Positions 1 through 8,763 of a stretch of DNA of 64,000 nucleotides are shown here, in pieces (position 1 is the stretch's first letter; each line of letters opens with the position of its first letter). Origin of the DNA: Calditrichales bacterium (lineage in GTDB: Bacteria > Calditrichota > Calditrichia > Calditrichales > J004); assembly GCA_965267575.1 (NCBI GenBank), contig OZ254086.1:1728001-1792000 (forward strand), in the 5' to 3' direction. The notes beneath the pieces were generated by a model that saw only the letters and a program-made list of their open reading frames with translations, searched no databases and was not told the origin of the DNA. Position numbers and translations under genes: made by a program.

Positions 1-451
1 CGATCAGGTCAAACCCGAGTTTGGTTGCATGGCGGGCATCGTCAAGCGTGGCAATATCGGCCATGAGCAGGGCGGGTGTGCTGGCGCGCAGTTTGGCTAT
101 CATCGCAGACAGATCGGCATTTTCGGGTCGCACGCGCCTCGTGGCGTCCATGGCGATGATCGCGCAGCCGGTTGCTGCCACGGCCATGGCCTCCTTTTCA
201 GTCGGCGTAATAAATACGGGGCTATCGGCATATTCCTTTTTAAAAATCCCGATCACAGGCATTTTAACGACACGTGCAATGGCCCGGATATTTTCGGGGT
301 AGTTTGCGCGAATACCGGCGGCGCCGCCTAAGACAGCCGCCTTGGCCATGGCCGCCAGAATATGCGGCTGCCCCAAAGGCTCATGGCCCTCCGCCTGGCA
401 GGAAACAATCAGACGGTTTTTGATGTGATTTAAAAGCTCTTTTTTGTCCAT
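1..451 (-). CDS. nanE: N-acetylmannosamine-6-phosphate 2-epimerase (3' end runs off the window; absent from the ORF track)
   Basis: Manual translation from ATG 451: MDKKELLNHIKNRLIVSCQAEGHEPL...GGAAGIRAN...PVIGIFKKEY...VFITPT...IIAMDAT.R.RP...LLMADIAT, all NanE motifs. Confidence 0.9.
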   Translation of the reverse strand, partial: MDKKELLNHIKNRLIVSCQAEGHEPLGQPHILAAMAKAAVLGGAAGIRANYPENIRAIARVVKMPVIGIFKKEYADSPVFITPTEKEAMAVAATGCAIIAMDATRRVRPENADLSAMIAKLRASTPALLMADIATLDDARHATKLGFDLI

Positions 452-460
452 AGTTTTTAA

Positions 461-500
461 GTCCTGATGTCTCGAGGTCTTGATGTCTTGAAGTCATGAT
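461..500. repeat. Five-copy imperfect 8-bp tandem repeat
   Basis: gtcctgat gtctcgag gtcttgat gtcttgaa gtcatgat. Confidence 0.75.
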
Positions 501-506
501 TCCTCT

Positions 507-600
507 GTCTGAACTGTGATTTGTGTGATGAAATGATTTCTTGATTTTAAGAATTCTGAATCATCGTCCATCAGGTAATCATAAGAATCATAGTTCAGAC
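507..600. repeat. Inverted-repeat element with 15-bp termini (MITE/REP-like)
   Basis: gtctgaactgtgatt (507-521) pairs with aatcatagttcagac (586-600), 14/15; internal TGAT/ATCA periodicity of about 9 nt. Confidence 0.7.
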
Positions 601-604
601 TTTG

Positions 605-655
605 TGTGTTATCCCGGGATCCCGGTGTCGCTCGTCCGCGAACCGGGATGACACA
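605..655 (-). repeat. REP-like palindrome, copy 1
   Basis: Reverse complement of 617-653 is tgtcatcccggtt-cgcggacgagcg-acaccgggatcc, with arms identical to 59053-59090; outer arms 605-617 and 643-655 also pair. Confidence 0.75.
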
Positions 656-3082
656 TTACGTCGTAGGTTGTAAAACGCACTTTATCTCAAGGCTGTCTTT
701 GCCGGCCAGCAGTTTCGCTACGCTTTTATCCCGCAAGTCTATCAGCGCGCCGTTCAGGGCTGTACCATCAATCTCCATTTCAACCCGGCCTTTATTCAAG
801 CCATGCGGGTTTTCGATACGGAAATTGTATATGGTGCCGCGGTACTTACGCCGCACTTTGTAGCTTTTCCACTCTTTCGGGATACAGGGATCCACAAGCA
901 GACCATGGTAGGTGGGACGGATGCCGCAGATATGGTCGGTGGCGTCACGCAGCATCCAGGTGGAAGAGCCGGTGAGCCAGCTGTGACTGGCCTGGCCGTA
1001 GGTCGGGTGGTCGGGGCTGGTGACATATTCGGCGTAGACATAAGGCTCCACCTCGTAACGGTCAATGTCGATCACCGGGTTCATGGGCAGGGCTTTTTTG
1101 TAAATTTCAAAAGCGCGCTCGCCACGGCCATGAACGCATTCGGCCAAAACGGCCCAGCTTACTGGGTGATTGAACACGGCGCCGTTCTCTTTTTTGCCGG
1201 GAACACAGCGCGTAGCCAGGCCAATGTTGTCGTTGATTTTCGTATAGGCCGGGTGCAGGATTTTAGGGCCCTTTGGCGTATCCAGGTGATCGATCACCGC
1301 GTCCAGGCATTTTTGGGCGCGCTCTCCCTGCGCCACACCGCTGATCACGGCCCAGGTTTGCACATTCAGAAAAATTTTGCCCTCTTCATTTTTAGAAGAA
1401 CCGATTACATCGCCCAGATCGTTGGTGCCTCGGGTATACCATTCGCCGTCCCAGCAGTGTGTGTTAATCGCCTGGCTAATGCGGTCGTATTCCTTCCGGT
1501 AGCGTTTTTCCGTTTTCTCACTACCGATGGCCCGGCACAGGGCAATGGTCTCACGCAGGATATAGCAAAGATACATGGTTACCCACACGCTCTCGCCCTT
1601 GCCGCCGCGACCCAGGTAATCCAGCGTGTCATTCCAGTCGCCGGGGCCAAATTTGGCCAGCCCCCGATCGGACAAATTGCGGATCGTATAATCGATGGCG
1701 GCGCACAGGTGTCCAAAGATGGTGGCATCGTCTTCATCGTAATAGCGTACTTTTTCTTCCAAAAAGGCGAAATCGCCGGTTTCCTTCAAATAGACCATAA
1801 TCGAGAGCGGCAGCCACAGCGGGGTATCGGTGTGACCGGTTTGCTCACCGCCGCCGGTTAGCGGGAAGTAAAGATGAAACACCTTGCCTTCCTTAAACTG
1901 GTAACCGGCCATCTCCGTGATACGTTTTTTGACCCACTGCGGCCGCGGCATCACCGGACCCATGATGTCCTGGCAGCTGTCACGGTATCCGCGCCCAAAC
2001 AGCAATCCGCCATGATAATAAGAGGCATCACGGCTGAACAGGAACGTCACCGAGGTCTGATACTGGTTCCAGACGTTGATCATGCGGTTCATGTCTTCGT
2101 CCGGCGTATCAACCTGCACGTGGCTAATGTAATCACTCCAGTGGTTGCGCAGGTTGAAATAAGCTTGTTCAACCACATTCTCGCTGCGGTATTTTTTTAC
2201 AATCCGGGTGGCTTCGTTTTTATAATCCGCGCGTGGTACGACACCCAGCATAAGCGAAAACTCTATGTCCTCGCCCGGCGCCAGGGTTACTTCGTTTTGC
2301 AGAACGGCCACGGCGTCGCCCGCGGTGATGGCTGTATTGCGGCATTGGCCCTCTTCCACGGCCAGCGGATTTTCTTCCGATCGCCAACGGCCGATAAATT
2401 CATTTTTGCTGCCGTCAAAACCCTTTACCGGCAGAGTAGAGGCAAAAAAAACATAGCGATCCCAGGCTTCATTGGCCTGCTTTACGGTCGCGCCGGAGTA
2501 GCGCACCCAGTAGCGCTTGGAGGCAAAAAGGATTTCCTCGCCTTTGTCAAAAAAAACATCGTTAAAATGCTGATCGTTCGGCTGGTTGATCAGGTCTACA
2601 AGGGCATGGCCGAGGCACAGTTCCACGAATCCGAAAATGTCAAAGGTGCGTTTTTTCCTGCTGTCGTTTTTCAGTTGCACACGCCAGATCTCCAGGTCGT
2701 CATCTTCCGGCACGAAGTACAATACCTCATGGCTGCAGCCGTGGGCCGCCGACTCGATGCGTGTGTAATACTGCCCGTGGTGGCAGGCGTATGTGTCCAG
2801 CTTTGTAAAAGTCGGCTGCCAGGTGGGCGACCAGTATTCGCCGGTCTCACGGTCACGGAAGTAGATGTAGCGTCCCGGCCGGTCCACGGGCAGGCTGTTA
2901 TAGCGCCAACGCGTGATACGGCTGTCTTTGGGTGAGCGGTAAAAGCTAAAGCCGCCTCCGGTATTACTGACAAGCCCGTTGTAGCGTCCGTTGGAAATAT
3001 AGTTCACCCACGGTGCCGGCGTATCGGGCCGGGTAATTATAAATTCGCGGTTATCTTCCGAAAAATATCCGTACTTCTGCAT
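656..3082 (-). CDS. GH94 glycoside phosphorylase (cellobiose/chitobiose phosphorylase family)
   Basis: 808 aa; REFIITRPDTPAPWVNY, SNTGGGFSF, DRPGRYIY, GYRD, catalytic DWND, GKKENGAVFNH, SWLTGS. Confidence 0.92.
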   Translation of the reverse strand: MQKYGYFSEDNREFIITRPDTPAPWVNYISNGRYNGLVSNTGGGFSFYRSPKDSRITRWRYNSLPVDRPGRYIYFRDRETGEYWSPTWQPTFTKLDTYACHHGQYYTRIESAAHGCSHEVLYFVPEDDDLEIWRVQLKNDSRKKRTFDIFGFVELCLGHALVDLINQPNDQHFNDVFFDKGEEILFASKRYWVRYSGATVKQANEAWDRYVFFASTLPVKGFDGSKNEFIGRWRSEENPLAVEEGQCRNTAITAGDAVAVLQNEVTLAPGEDIEFSLMLGVVPRADYKNEATRIVKKYRSENVVEQAYFNLRNHWSDYISHVQVDTPDEDMNRMINVWNQYQTSVTFLFSRDASYYHGGLLFGRGYRDSCQDIMGPVMPRPQWVKKRITEMAGYQFKEGKVFHLYFPLTGGGEQTGHTDTPLWLPLSIMVYLKETGDFAFLEEKVRYYDEDDATIFGHLCAAIDYTIRNLSDRGLAKFGPGDWNDTLDYLGRGGKGESVWVTMYLCYILRETIALCRAIGSEKTEKRYRKEYDRISQAINTHCWDGEWYTRGTNDLGDVIGSSKNEEGKIFLNVQTWAVISGVAQGERAQKCLDAVIDHLDTPKGPKILHPAYTKINDNIGLATRCVPGKKENGAVFNHPVSWAVLAECVHGRGERAFEIYKKALPMNPVIDIDRYEVEPYVYAEYVTSPDHPTYGQASHSWLTGSSTWMLRDATDHICGIRPTYHGLLVDPCIPKEWKSYKVRRKYRGTIYNFRIENPHGLNKGRVEMEIDGTALNGALIDLRDKSVAKLLAGKDSLEIKCVLQPTT

Positions 3083-3125
3083 TTCTTTCCTTTTATATTT
3101 TTGATTTCTTTGTTACAGTGCGGAA

Positions 3126-4520
3126 CTAACTTTGCATCATTTCGCGGCCGGCAGCAAGCAGTTTTTTAACGAACGCATCATCCCCACCGCCGCAATAAAC
3201 CCGGAACAGCGGCTCCGTGTCAGACAGGCGGATAAGCATCCAGGCGTTATCCAAATAAAACTTGATGCCGTCTTTGGTGACAATGCGCTCAACCTTACGT
3301 CCGGCGATTGCGTCGGGAGGCTGCCTGAGCAAATTTTGCAGATTGCTTCTCAGCGCGTCCGGCTTGCCGTAGGCATCGATACGGCGATAATGAAACGGCC
3401 CGAAACGGTCGCGAAGCTCTTCCACAAGTTGGGAGGGCGGTACCTTCCGCTCGGCCAGCAATTCCAGAAACAACAGGCAGGAAAGTACCCCGTCACGTTC
3501 GGGGATGTGGCCGGAAAAGCCGAACCCGCCGCTCTCTTCGCCCCCGATGAGCACATCGCCTTTGAGCATCTCTTCGGTAATATTTTTAAAGCCCACGGCT
3601 ACTTCACACACTTCCGTGTTATATTCCGCGGCCATTTTGTCCACCGTATCCGCCATGGAACTTGTGCGTACCACGCGTCCTGTTTTACCGCGGCTCTTTA
3701 CCAGGTGCTCAAACAGCAGCGGCAGCAGATCGTGCAATTCTAAAAAATTACCCTTTTCGTCGATGACGCCAAAGCGGTCGGCATCGCCATCGGTTGCAAA
3801 ACCGCACAGGGCTTTGTTTTGCACAACGGCATCGGACAGGGGTTGCAGCGCCGGCATAAGTGGTTCGGGATTCACGCCGCCGAACATCGGGTCGGGATGG
3901 TCGCGCAGTTTCAGCACCTGCAGGCCGGTTAATTCTTCCAGCTTATCGGCAACTGCGCAACCGGCCCCCTGCATGGCATCAAAGACAATGGTTCTACCTT
4001 TAAGGGCTTTCAGTTTTCCGGCGCCCACGAAGGTATTGAGGCTGTTCAGCCAGGGCGTCAGCATATCAACCGCCAACAGGGCAGGATCATCCCTGTTTGC
4101 AGCCTTTACCTGTTGCGCCAGCAGCGTTTCAATACGGTGCGTCCAGCGCGGCAGCATGGGACCGCCATACTCCCCCTTGAATTTTATACCATTGTAAAAA
4201 TAGGGGTTATGGCTGGCGGTAAACATAACGCCTCCGGCCAGCTTGTTGCGTGCTACATAAAGAGACAACGCCGGTGTGGGAAGAAAACGATCGCTTAAAA
4301 GCGCATTAACGCCATTACCCTCCAGCTGCTGCGCGAAGGCCTCGGCAAAACGGTCGGAAAGAAAGCGCGTGTCAAAACCCACGGCCACGTTTTTATTGGC
4401 AGTTTCCTGCTGTTTGAGCCAGGCGGCATAGGCGTCTGCCACGCGGCGCACGTTTTCAAATGTAAAACTATCGGCAATAGGCGCGCGCCAGCCGTCGGTG
4501 CCAAAACGGATCTCTTTCAT
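3126..4520 (-). CDS. Phosphoglucomutase/phosphomannomutase family phosphohexomutase
   Basis: IRFGTDGWR, TASHNP phosphoserine motif, DGDADR metal loop, GEESGG, RLSDTEPLFR; start set at ATG 4520. Confidence 0.92.
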   Translation of the reverse strand: MKEIRFGTDGWRAPIADSFTFENVRRVADAYAAWLKQQETANKNVAVGFDTRFLSDRFAEAFAQQLEGNGVNALLSDRFLPTPALSLYVARNKLAGGVMFTASHNPYFYNGIKFKGEYGGPMLPRWTHRIETLLAQQVKAANRDDPALLAVDMLTPWLNSLNTFVGAGKLKALKGRTIVFDAMQGAGCAVADKLEELTGLQVLKLRDHPDPMFGGVNPEPLMPALQPLSDAVVQNKALCGFATDGDADRFGVIDEKGNFLELHDLLPLLFEHLVKSRGKTGRVVRTSSMADTVDKMAAEYNTEVCEVAVGFKNITEEMLKGDVLIGGEESGGFGFSGHIPERDGVLSCLLFLELLAERKVPPSQLVEELRDRFGPFHYRRIDAYGKPDALRSNLQNLLRQPPDAIAGRKVERIVTKDGIKFYLDNAWMLIRLSDTEPLFRVYCGGGDDAFVKKLLAAGREMMQS

Positions 4521-4525
4521 AAGCC

Positions 4526-5968
4526 TCACACATGAACATATACGGAAATGGCCAGGAATACGGCAGATGCCAGGATCAGCAATCCAAACAGCGGCAGCAT
4601 AAAGCGCCACCATTTTTGCAGCGGAATGCCTGCCAGGCTTAGCATGGCCATTAGTACGCCGGATGTGGGGATGATGCTGTTGGAAAAACCATCGCCACAG
4701 GTAAAAGCAAAAACGGCTGTCTGGCGGCTGAGACCAAGCACATCGGCCAGCGGCGCCATCAGCGGCATGGTAACCGCAGCCTGCCCGGAACCGGACGGGA
4801 TGAAGAAATTTAGCGTGCCCTGGAAAACAAGCATACCCCAGGCGGCAAACACATTGTGGAAATCACGCAGCAGGTTGGCCGCACCGTAGATCAAGGAATC
4901 CAGGATCTGGCCGTCTGAGAGAACCACTTCGATGCCACGGGCAAAACCAACAACCAGCGCGGCCACAACCATCTCTTCCATGCCCTTAACGAAGGCTTCC
5001 ATCGCCTCTTTTAATTTCAGGTCGCTGATCATCCAGGCCACGATGCCCATCAAAAAGAAACCGCCGGACATCTCGTTCATCCACCAGCCCAGTGTCTGCA
5101 CTGCCGTGAGGATCAGGGCAAATATTGCCACCGTGGCGACAAGAATATAAACGTGGCGTTTTGTCAGGCTTTCTTTTTGTATTTCCAGGTGCGAGAGGTC
5201 AAAATCATCTTGTGGCATCAACGACTTGGACGGGTCTTTTTTGATACGCCGGCCATAGCGCAGAGTATACGTGATGGCAATGGCCAGGCAGACGACAAGA
5301 AAAATCACCCGGAAGCCGATTTCGCTGTTCAGAGGCAGTTCGGCAATACCCTGGGCGATGTTTACGGTAAACGGATTGGTCGTTGCCGCGGCGAAGCCTA
5401 TTTCCGCCGCTATCAGAACCATGGCCAGACCGTAAATACGATCGTAACCCATTTGTTTTGAAATAAGCAGAAAGATCGGTACAAGGGGGATGAATTCTTC
5501 TCCCATGCCAAGGGTCGATCCGCCAACGGCGATAACAATCATTATAATAATGGTAAGCAAAGCGTCCGACTTGCGAAATTTTTCCACCATCTTTTGCAGT
5601 ACGGCCACAATGGTGCCTGTACGTTGAATAACACCCAGCGCACCACCGATGATAAAGATGAAAAAGATGATGTCGGCCGCTTCCTGCATGCCACGGGGTA
5701 TGGCGCTTAAAAAGCCCAGCAGGCTCACCGGGGAGGCTTTACCTTCCGCCTCATCGCCAATGATCAGGCCTTTGGCGGAAATATGTTTTTCAATGGGTTG
5801 GAAAGTACCCGGCTGAACGACATTTCTGGTCAATCCGCCAACGACTTTTGTTTCACGCTCATACGAGCCGGAAGGGATGAAATAGGTAAGCAATGAACAG
5901 AACAGAATAACATACACCAACAATGTGAAAACGTGGGGCATTTCCACGTTCCTGAACCATGACCTCAT
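4526..5968 (-). CDS. YfcC/DcuC-like transporter
   Basis: 480 aa, multi-TM; MPHVFTLL, IPSGSYER, GMGEEFI, NPFTVNIAQGIAELP, PSGSGQAAVTMP; SD ggagg. Confidence 0.85.
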   Translation of the reverse strand: MRSWFRNVEMPHVFTLLVYVILFCSLLTYFIPSGSYERETKVVGGLTRNVVQPGTFQPIEKHISAKGLIIGDEAEGKASPVSLLGFLSAIPRGMQEAADIIFFIFIIGGALGVIQRTGTIVAVLQKMVEKFRKSDALLTIIIMIVIAVGGSTLGMGEEFIPLVPIFLLISKQMGYDRIYGLAMVLIAAEIGFAAATTNPFTVNIAQGIAELPLNSEIGFRVIFLVVCLAIAITYTLRYGRRIKKDPSKSLMPQDDFDLSHLEIQKESLTKRHVYILVATVAIFALILTAVQTLGWWMNEMSGGFFLMGIVAWMISDLKLKEAMEAFVKGMEEMVVAALVVGFARGIEVVLSDGQILDSLIYGAANLLRDFHNVFAAWGMLVFQGTLNFFIPSGSGQAAVTMPLMAPLADVLGLSRQTAVFAFTCGDGFSNSIIPTSGVLMAMLSLAGIPLQKWWRFMLPLFGLLILASAVFLAISVYVHV

Positions 5969-6044
5969 TAGACCTCCCTGAAAAATCGGCTTTGATTGAG
6001 TAGCGGGTTAAAACCCAATTTAGCAATAATTGTAATACGCTGCC

Positions 6045-7334
6045 TCAAGGCCCCTTATTGTCTTCCTTTACCTTTACCAGCAGGTATTTAAAAAAGACGG
6101 GTCCCATCAATTCATTCAGAACAACTGTGGCGATCAGAATTGTGCTGAGCTGTGTCCCGATCTCGCCGGGAAACGTGCGTTCGATTATTGTTGCCAGCCC
6201 GACGGCGATACCGGCCTGCCCAATGTAGCCCATCCAGGAGTAATGGCGCAATGCCTTGTCCCCGGAGACAGGCCGCATACCCAGATAGTTGCCCACGTAG
6301 AATAAAGCCAGCCGCGTAAAGACCAAAAAAAGCGTCAGCCATAATACATTCTGCAGATTTTCCAGGTGCAGGCCTGCGCCGGCAAAGGAGAAAAAGATGA
6401 TATATAGCGGCAGGGAGCTGCGCTCGATGCCGTTAACGAGAGCCTCGCCCTGTTTGGAATAATTCTCCACAAGAATGCCCGTTATCATCGCTGTAAGCAA
6501 AATTTCCATGCCGAAAAGCTGACTCAGCTCGGTCAACACAATCGCCATGCACAAAAGGAAAAGCCCGCGTTCCACATTTACATATTTCAGATACCAGATG
6601 ATGATCACCCCGACACCCGCGCCGGCCAGCAGGGAGCCGCCGAATTGCTGTGCCAGTTGATATAACAGCTCGCTGCCAAAACCGGAACCCGGTATCAGGT
6701 AATGTTTGGCCCAGGCCACGAAAACCGGAAAGAGCGCCACCACGGCGAAGGAGTTTAAAACAGTGACCGATAAAACGATTTCCGTAACGCGCCCTTTGGC
6801 CCGCAGCTCGGTGATGATGCCGATGACCGTTGCCGGCGACATGGAGATGGCCGTGGCCGAAAAGAGAATCGCAAAGCCAAGCAAATAGTCTTTATTCAGC
6901 GCGGCCAGAAAAGGGAAGAGGGGGGCCAGTGTAAGCAACAGAAAAAAGAGCCCCCAGAAAACAACAGCGATTTGCCCCACGAGCACAAAAAGCACCAGGC
7001 GCAGGTTGTTTTTGAGTCGGGAAAATCTAAGCTCGCCGCCGGCGGTGATGGCGATGAAGGCCAGTGCCAGGTTCTCCAGGAAGTGCAGACGCTCCAGCAT
7101 ATCATGCTCAAGAAAATTAAAGCCGGCCGGGCCGAGCACAATGCCCAGTGCCATGTAGCCGGTCAGTTTTGGAAGCTTTACGTTCTTGAGAAGTAAGGCC
7201 AGCAAATAGGCGCACACCAGCACGATTCCTGTCAATACGGTCGTTCTCGCGGCAATATTCTCCCGCTCGGTGGGCAGATAGTCCAGTGAAAAATAGAGCA
7301 GAATAAGAGCAAGAATTATTAATAATTTTTTCAT
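6045..7334 (-). CDS. Cation:proton antiporter (Na+/H+ exchanger family)
   Basis: Multi-TM; LPKLTGYMALGIVLGP, IAITAGGEL, SPATVIGIITE, QAGIAVGLA, NELMGP. Confidence 0.8.
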   Translation of the reverse strand: MKKLLIILALILLYFSLDYLPTERENIAARTTVLTGIVLVCAYLLALLLKNVKLPKLTGYMALGIVLGPAGFNFLEHDMLERLHFLENLALAFIAITAGGELRFSRLKNNLRLVLFVLVGQIAVVFWGLFFLLLTLAPLFPFLAALNKDYLLGFAILFSATAISMSPATVIGIITELRAKGRVTEIVLSVTVLNSFAVVALFPVFVAWAKHYLIPGSGFGSELLYQLAQQFGGSLLAGAGVGVIIIWYLKYVNVERGLFLLCMAIVLTELSQLFGMEILLTAMITGILVENYSKQGEALVNGIERSSLPLYIIFFSFAGAGLHLENLQNVLWLTLFLVFTRLALFYVGNYLGMRPVSGDKALRHYSWMGYIGQAGIAVGLATIIERTFPGEIGTQLSTILIATVVLNELMGPVFFKYLLVKVKEDNKGP

Positions 7335-7350
7335 AATCGATTAAGGCTGT

Positions 7351-7719
7351 TCAATTCCGGTCATCCTGTTTGCGGCCATGGATAAATTCATAAACAAAGA
7401 GGGACAAAAAAAGAAGCGATAGTAAAGACATCAGTGCTTTTTGGCCATCGAGAGGGTCAGGGTCTGTTTCCATGATCCAGTCGTATGCCGCGCCAAGGGT
7501 TGTAACAAAAGCGATCAGCGTCACGATCGTTGCACCGTGCGAGGCGATAAGCCGCAGATCCTGCTTAAGGGCCAGTGCTGCAAGCAGCAGCAATAGTCCG
7601 CCAAACATGGCCGGGAAAAGCGTATTGGGGTTGCCGGGCTCTCCAAGCAGAAATGCAATGGCCAGCAGCAGCAGCGCGTAGATAAATATAAAAAGCGCCA
7701 TTCGTTTGGGAGGCGTCAT
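7351..7719 (-). CDS. Small four-TM hypothetical membrane protein
   Basis: Four hydrophobic segments; TLFPAMFG and ASHGATIV; tightly coupled to neighbours. Confidence 0.65.
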   Translation of the reverse strand: MTPPKRMALFIFIYALLLLAIAFLLGEPGNPNTLFPAMFGGLLLLLAALALKQDLRLIASHGATIVTLIAFVTTLGAAYDWIMETDPDPLDGQKALMSLLSLLFLSLFVYEFIHGRKQDDRN

Positions 7720-7721
7720 AT

Positions 7722-8522
7722 TCAAACCTCAACGGGGACGTTGATTTCACCTGTCATATACGTCACTGCCCGGCCGCCAATTTCTACCCGCTCTGCGAGA
7801 TTCCGGCAATACAGGGTCCCGCCGCGGGGCGAGACCTGGTGTGCCGTCAGGCGATCCTTGCCAAGGCGATCGGCCCAGTAGGGCACCAGCGCGCAATGTG
7901 CGGAGCCGGTAACGGGATCTTCCGGAATCCCGGCGTAGGCAGCGAAATAGCGCGACACAAAATCGAATGCCGTTCCGTTGCCCGGCGCGGTGATGATGAT
8001 GCCGGCGTCATCTATGCCGGCCAATTTTTCGAAATCAGGTTTAAAACCAATCACATCGTCGGCGGATTCAAACACGGCCATGTAATTAAGATCTTTGAAC
8101 AGGGCGGCGGGTTGCATGCCAAGCGCGTGTCCGATTTTTTCGTCGTCTTTGGCCGGGGCCGGATGACGGGCGGGAAAATTAAGAAGGATAAGGCCGTCTT
8201 TTTGGCTGACGGTTAATTTTCCGCTGAGGCTTTCGAAGGTTATTTGCGGTAGCTTAAAGCCCAGATGATTAAATAATACGTGGGCGCTGGCCAGGGTTGC
8301 GTGGCCGCACAGCTCCACTTCCACGGTTGGCGTAAACCAGCGTAGCTCAAATGTCTGCGCATCATTTTGTACAAAAAAAGCGGTTTCGGAAAGATTGTTT
8401 TCCTGGGCGATCTGCTGCATGGTTTTTGGTGTGAGCCATTTTTGCAGCGGCACCACTGCCGCCGGATTACCGCTAAACAAATCAGCGGTGAAAGCATCCA
8501 CCTGGTAAATAGGCAATCGCAT
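7722..8522 (-). CDS. PhzF family isomerase/epimerase
   Basis: YQVDAF..GNPAAV, NLSETAF, LRWFTPTVEVELCGHATLA, EDPVTGSAH. Confidence 0.93.
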   Translation of the reverse strand: MRLPIYQVDAFTADLFSGNPAAVVPLQKWLTPKTMQQIAQENNLSETAFFVQNDAQTFELRWFTPTVEVELCGHATLASAHVLFNHLGFKLPQITFESLSGKLTVSQKDGLILLNFPARHPAPAKDDEKIGHALGMQPAALFKDLNYMAVFESADDVIGFKPDFEKLAGIDDAGIIITAPGNGTAFDFVSRYFAAYAGIPEDPVTGSAHCALVPYWADRLGKDRLTAHQVSPRGGTLYCRNLAERVEIGGRAVTYMTGEINVPVEV

Positions 8523-8763
8523 GTTTATTCTCCCGGGGATTTAAGCCGAATAAATGTTTTAATAGACGAACGGAATAAAATGCGCTAAATTTGGGAAAAA
8601 TTCTAACAAATTTTTGCTTTTACAGATTATCGCGTTTGCCACGATTACGGATCATTTACGATATCCGGCATTTTAATCAATAAAAGCCGGCTCACAAAGA
8701 GTGCGCTTTTGCTTTGATTGTTATCGTCACTATGTTTAACTGTTTCATTTGCCGAGCCCGTTT

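Noticed and set aside
21-331. Plus-strand ORFs at the window start
   Set aside because: Antisense to the clear nanE frame
452-655. Possible CRISPR array
   Set aside because: Units are 8-9 nt with no unique spacers, and no cas genes are present
803-2935. Two plus-strand ORFs of about 350 aa
   Set aside because: Antisense shadows of the GH94 gene with no recognisable motifs
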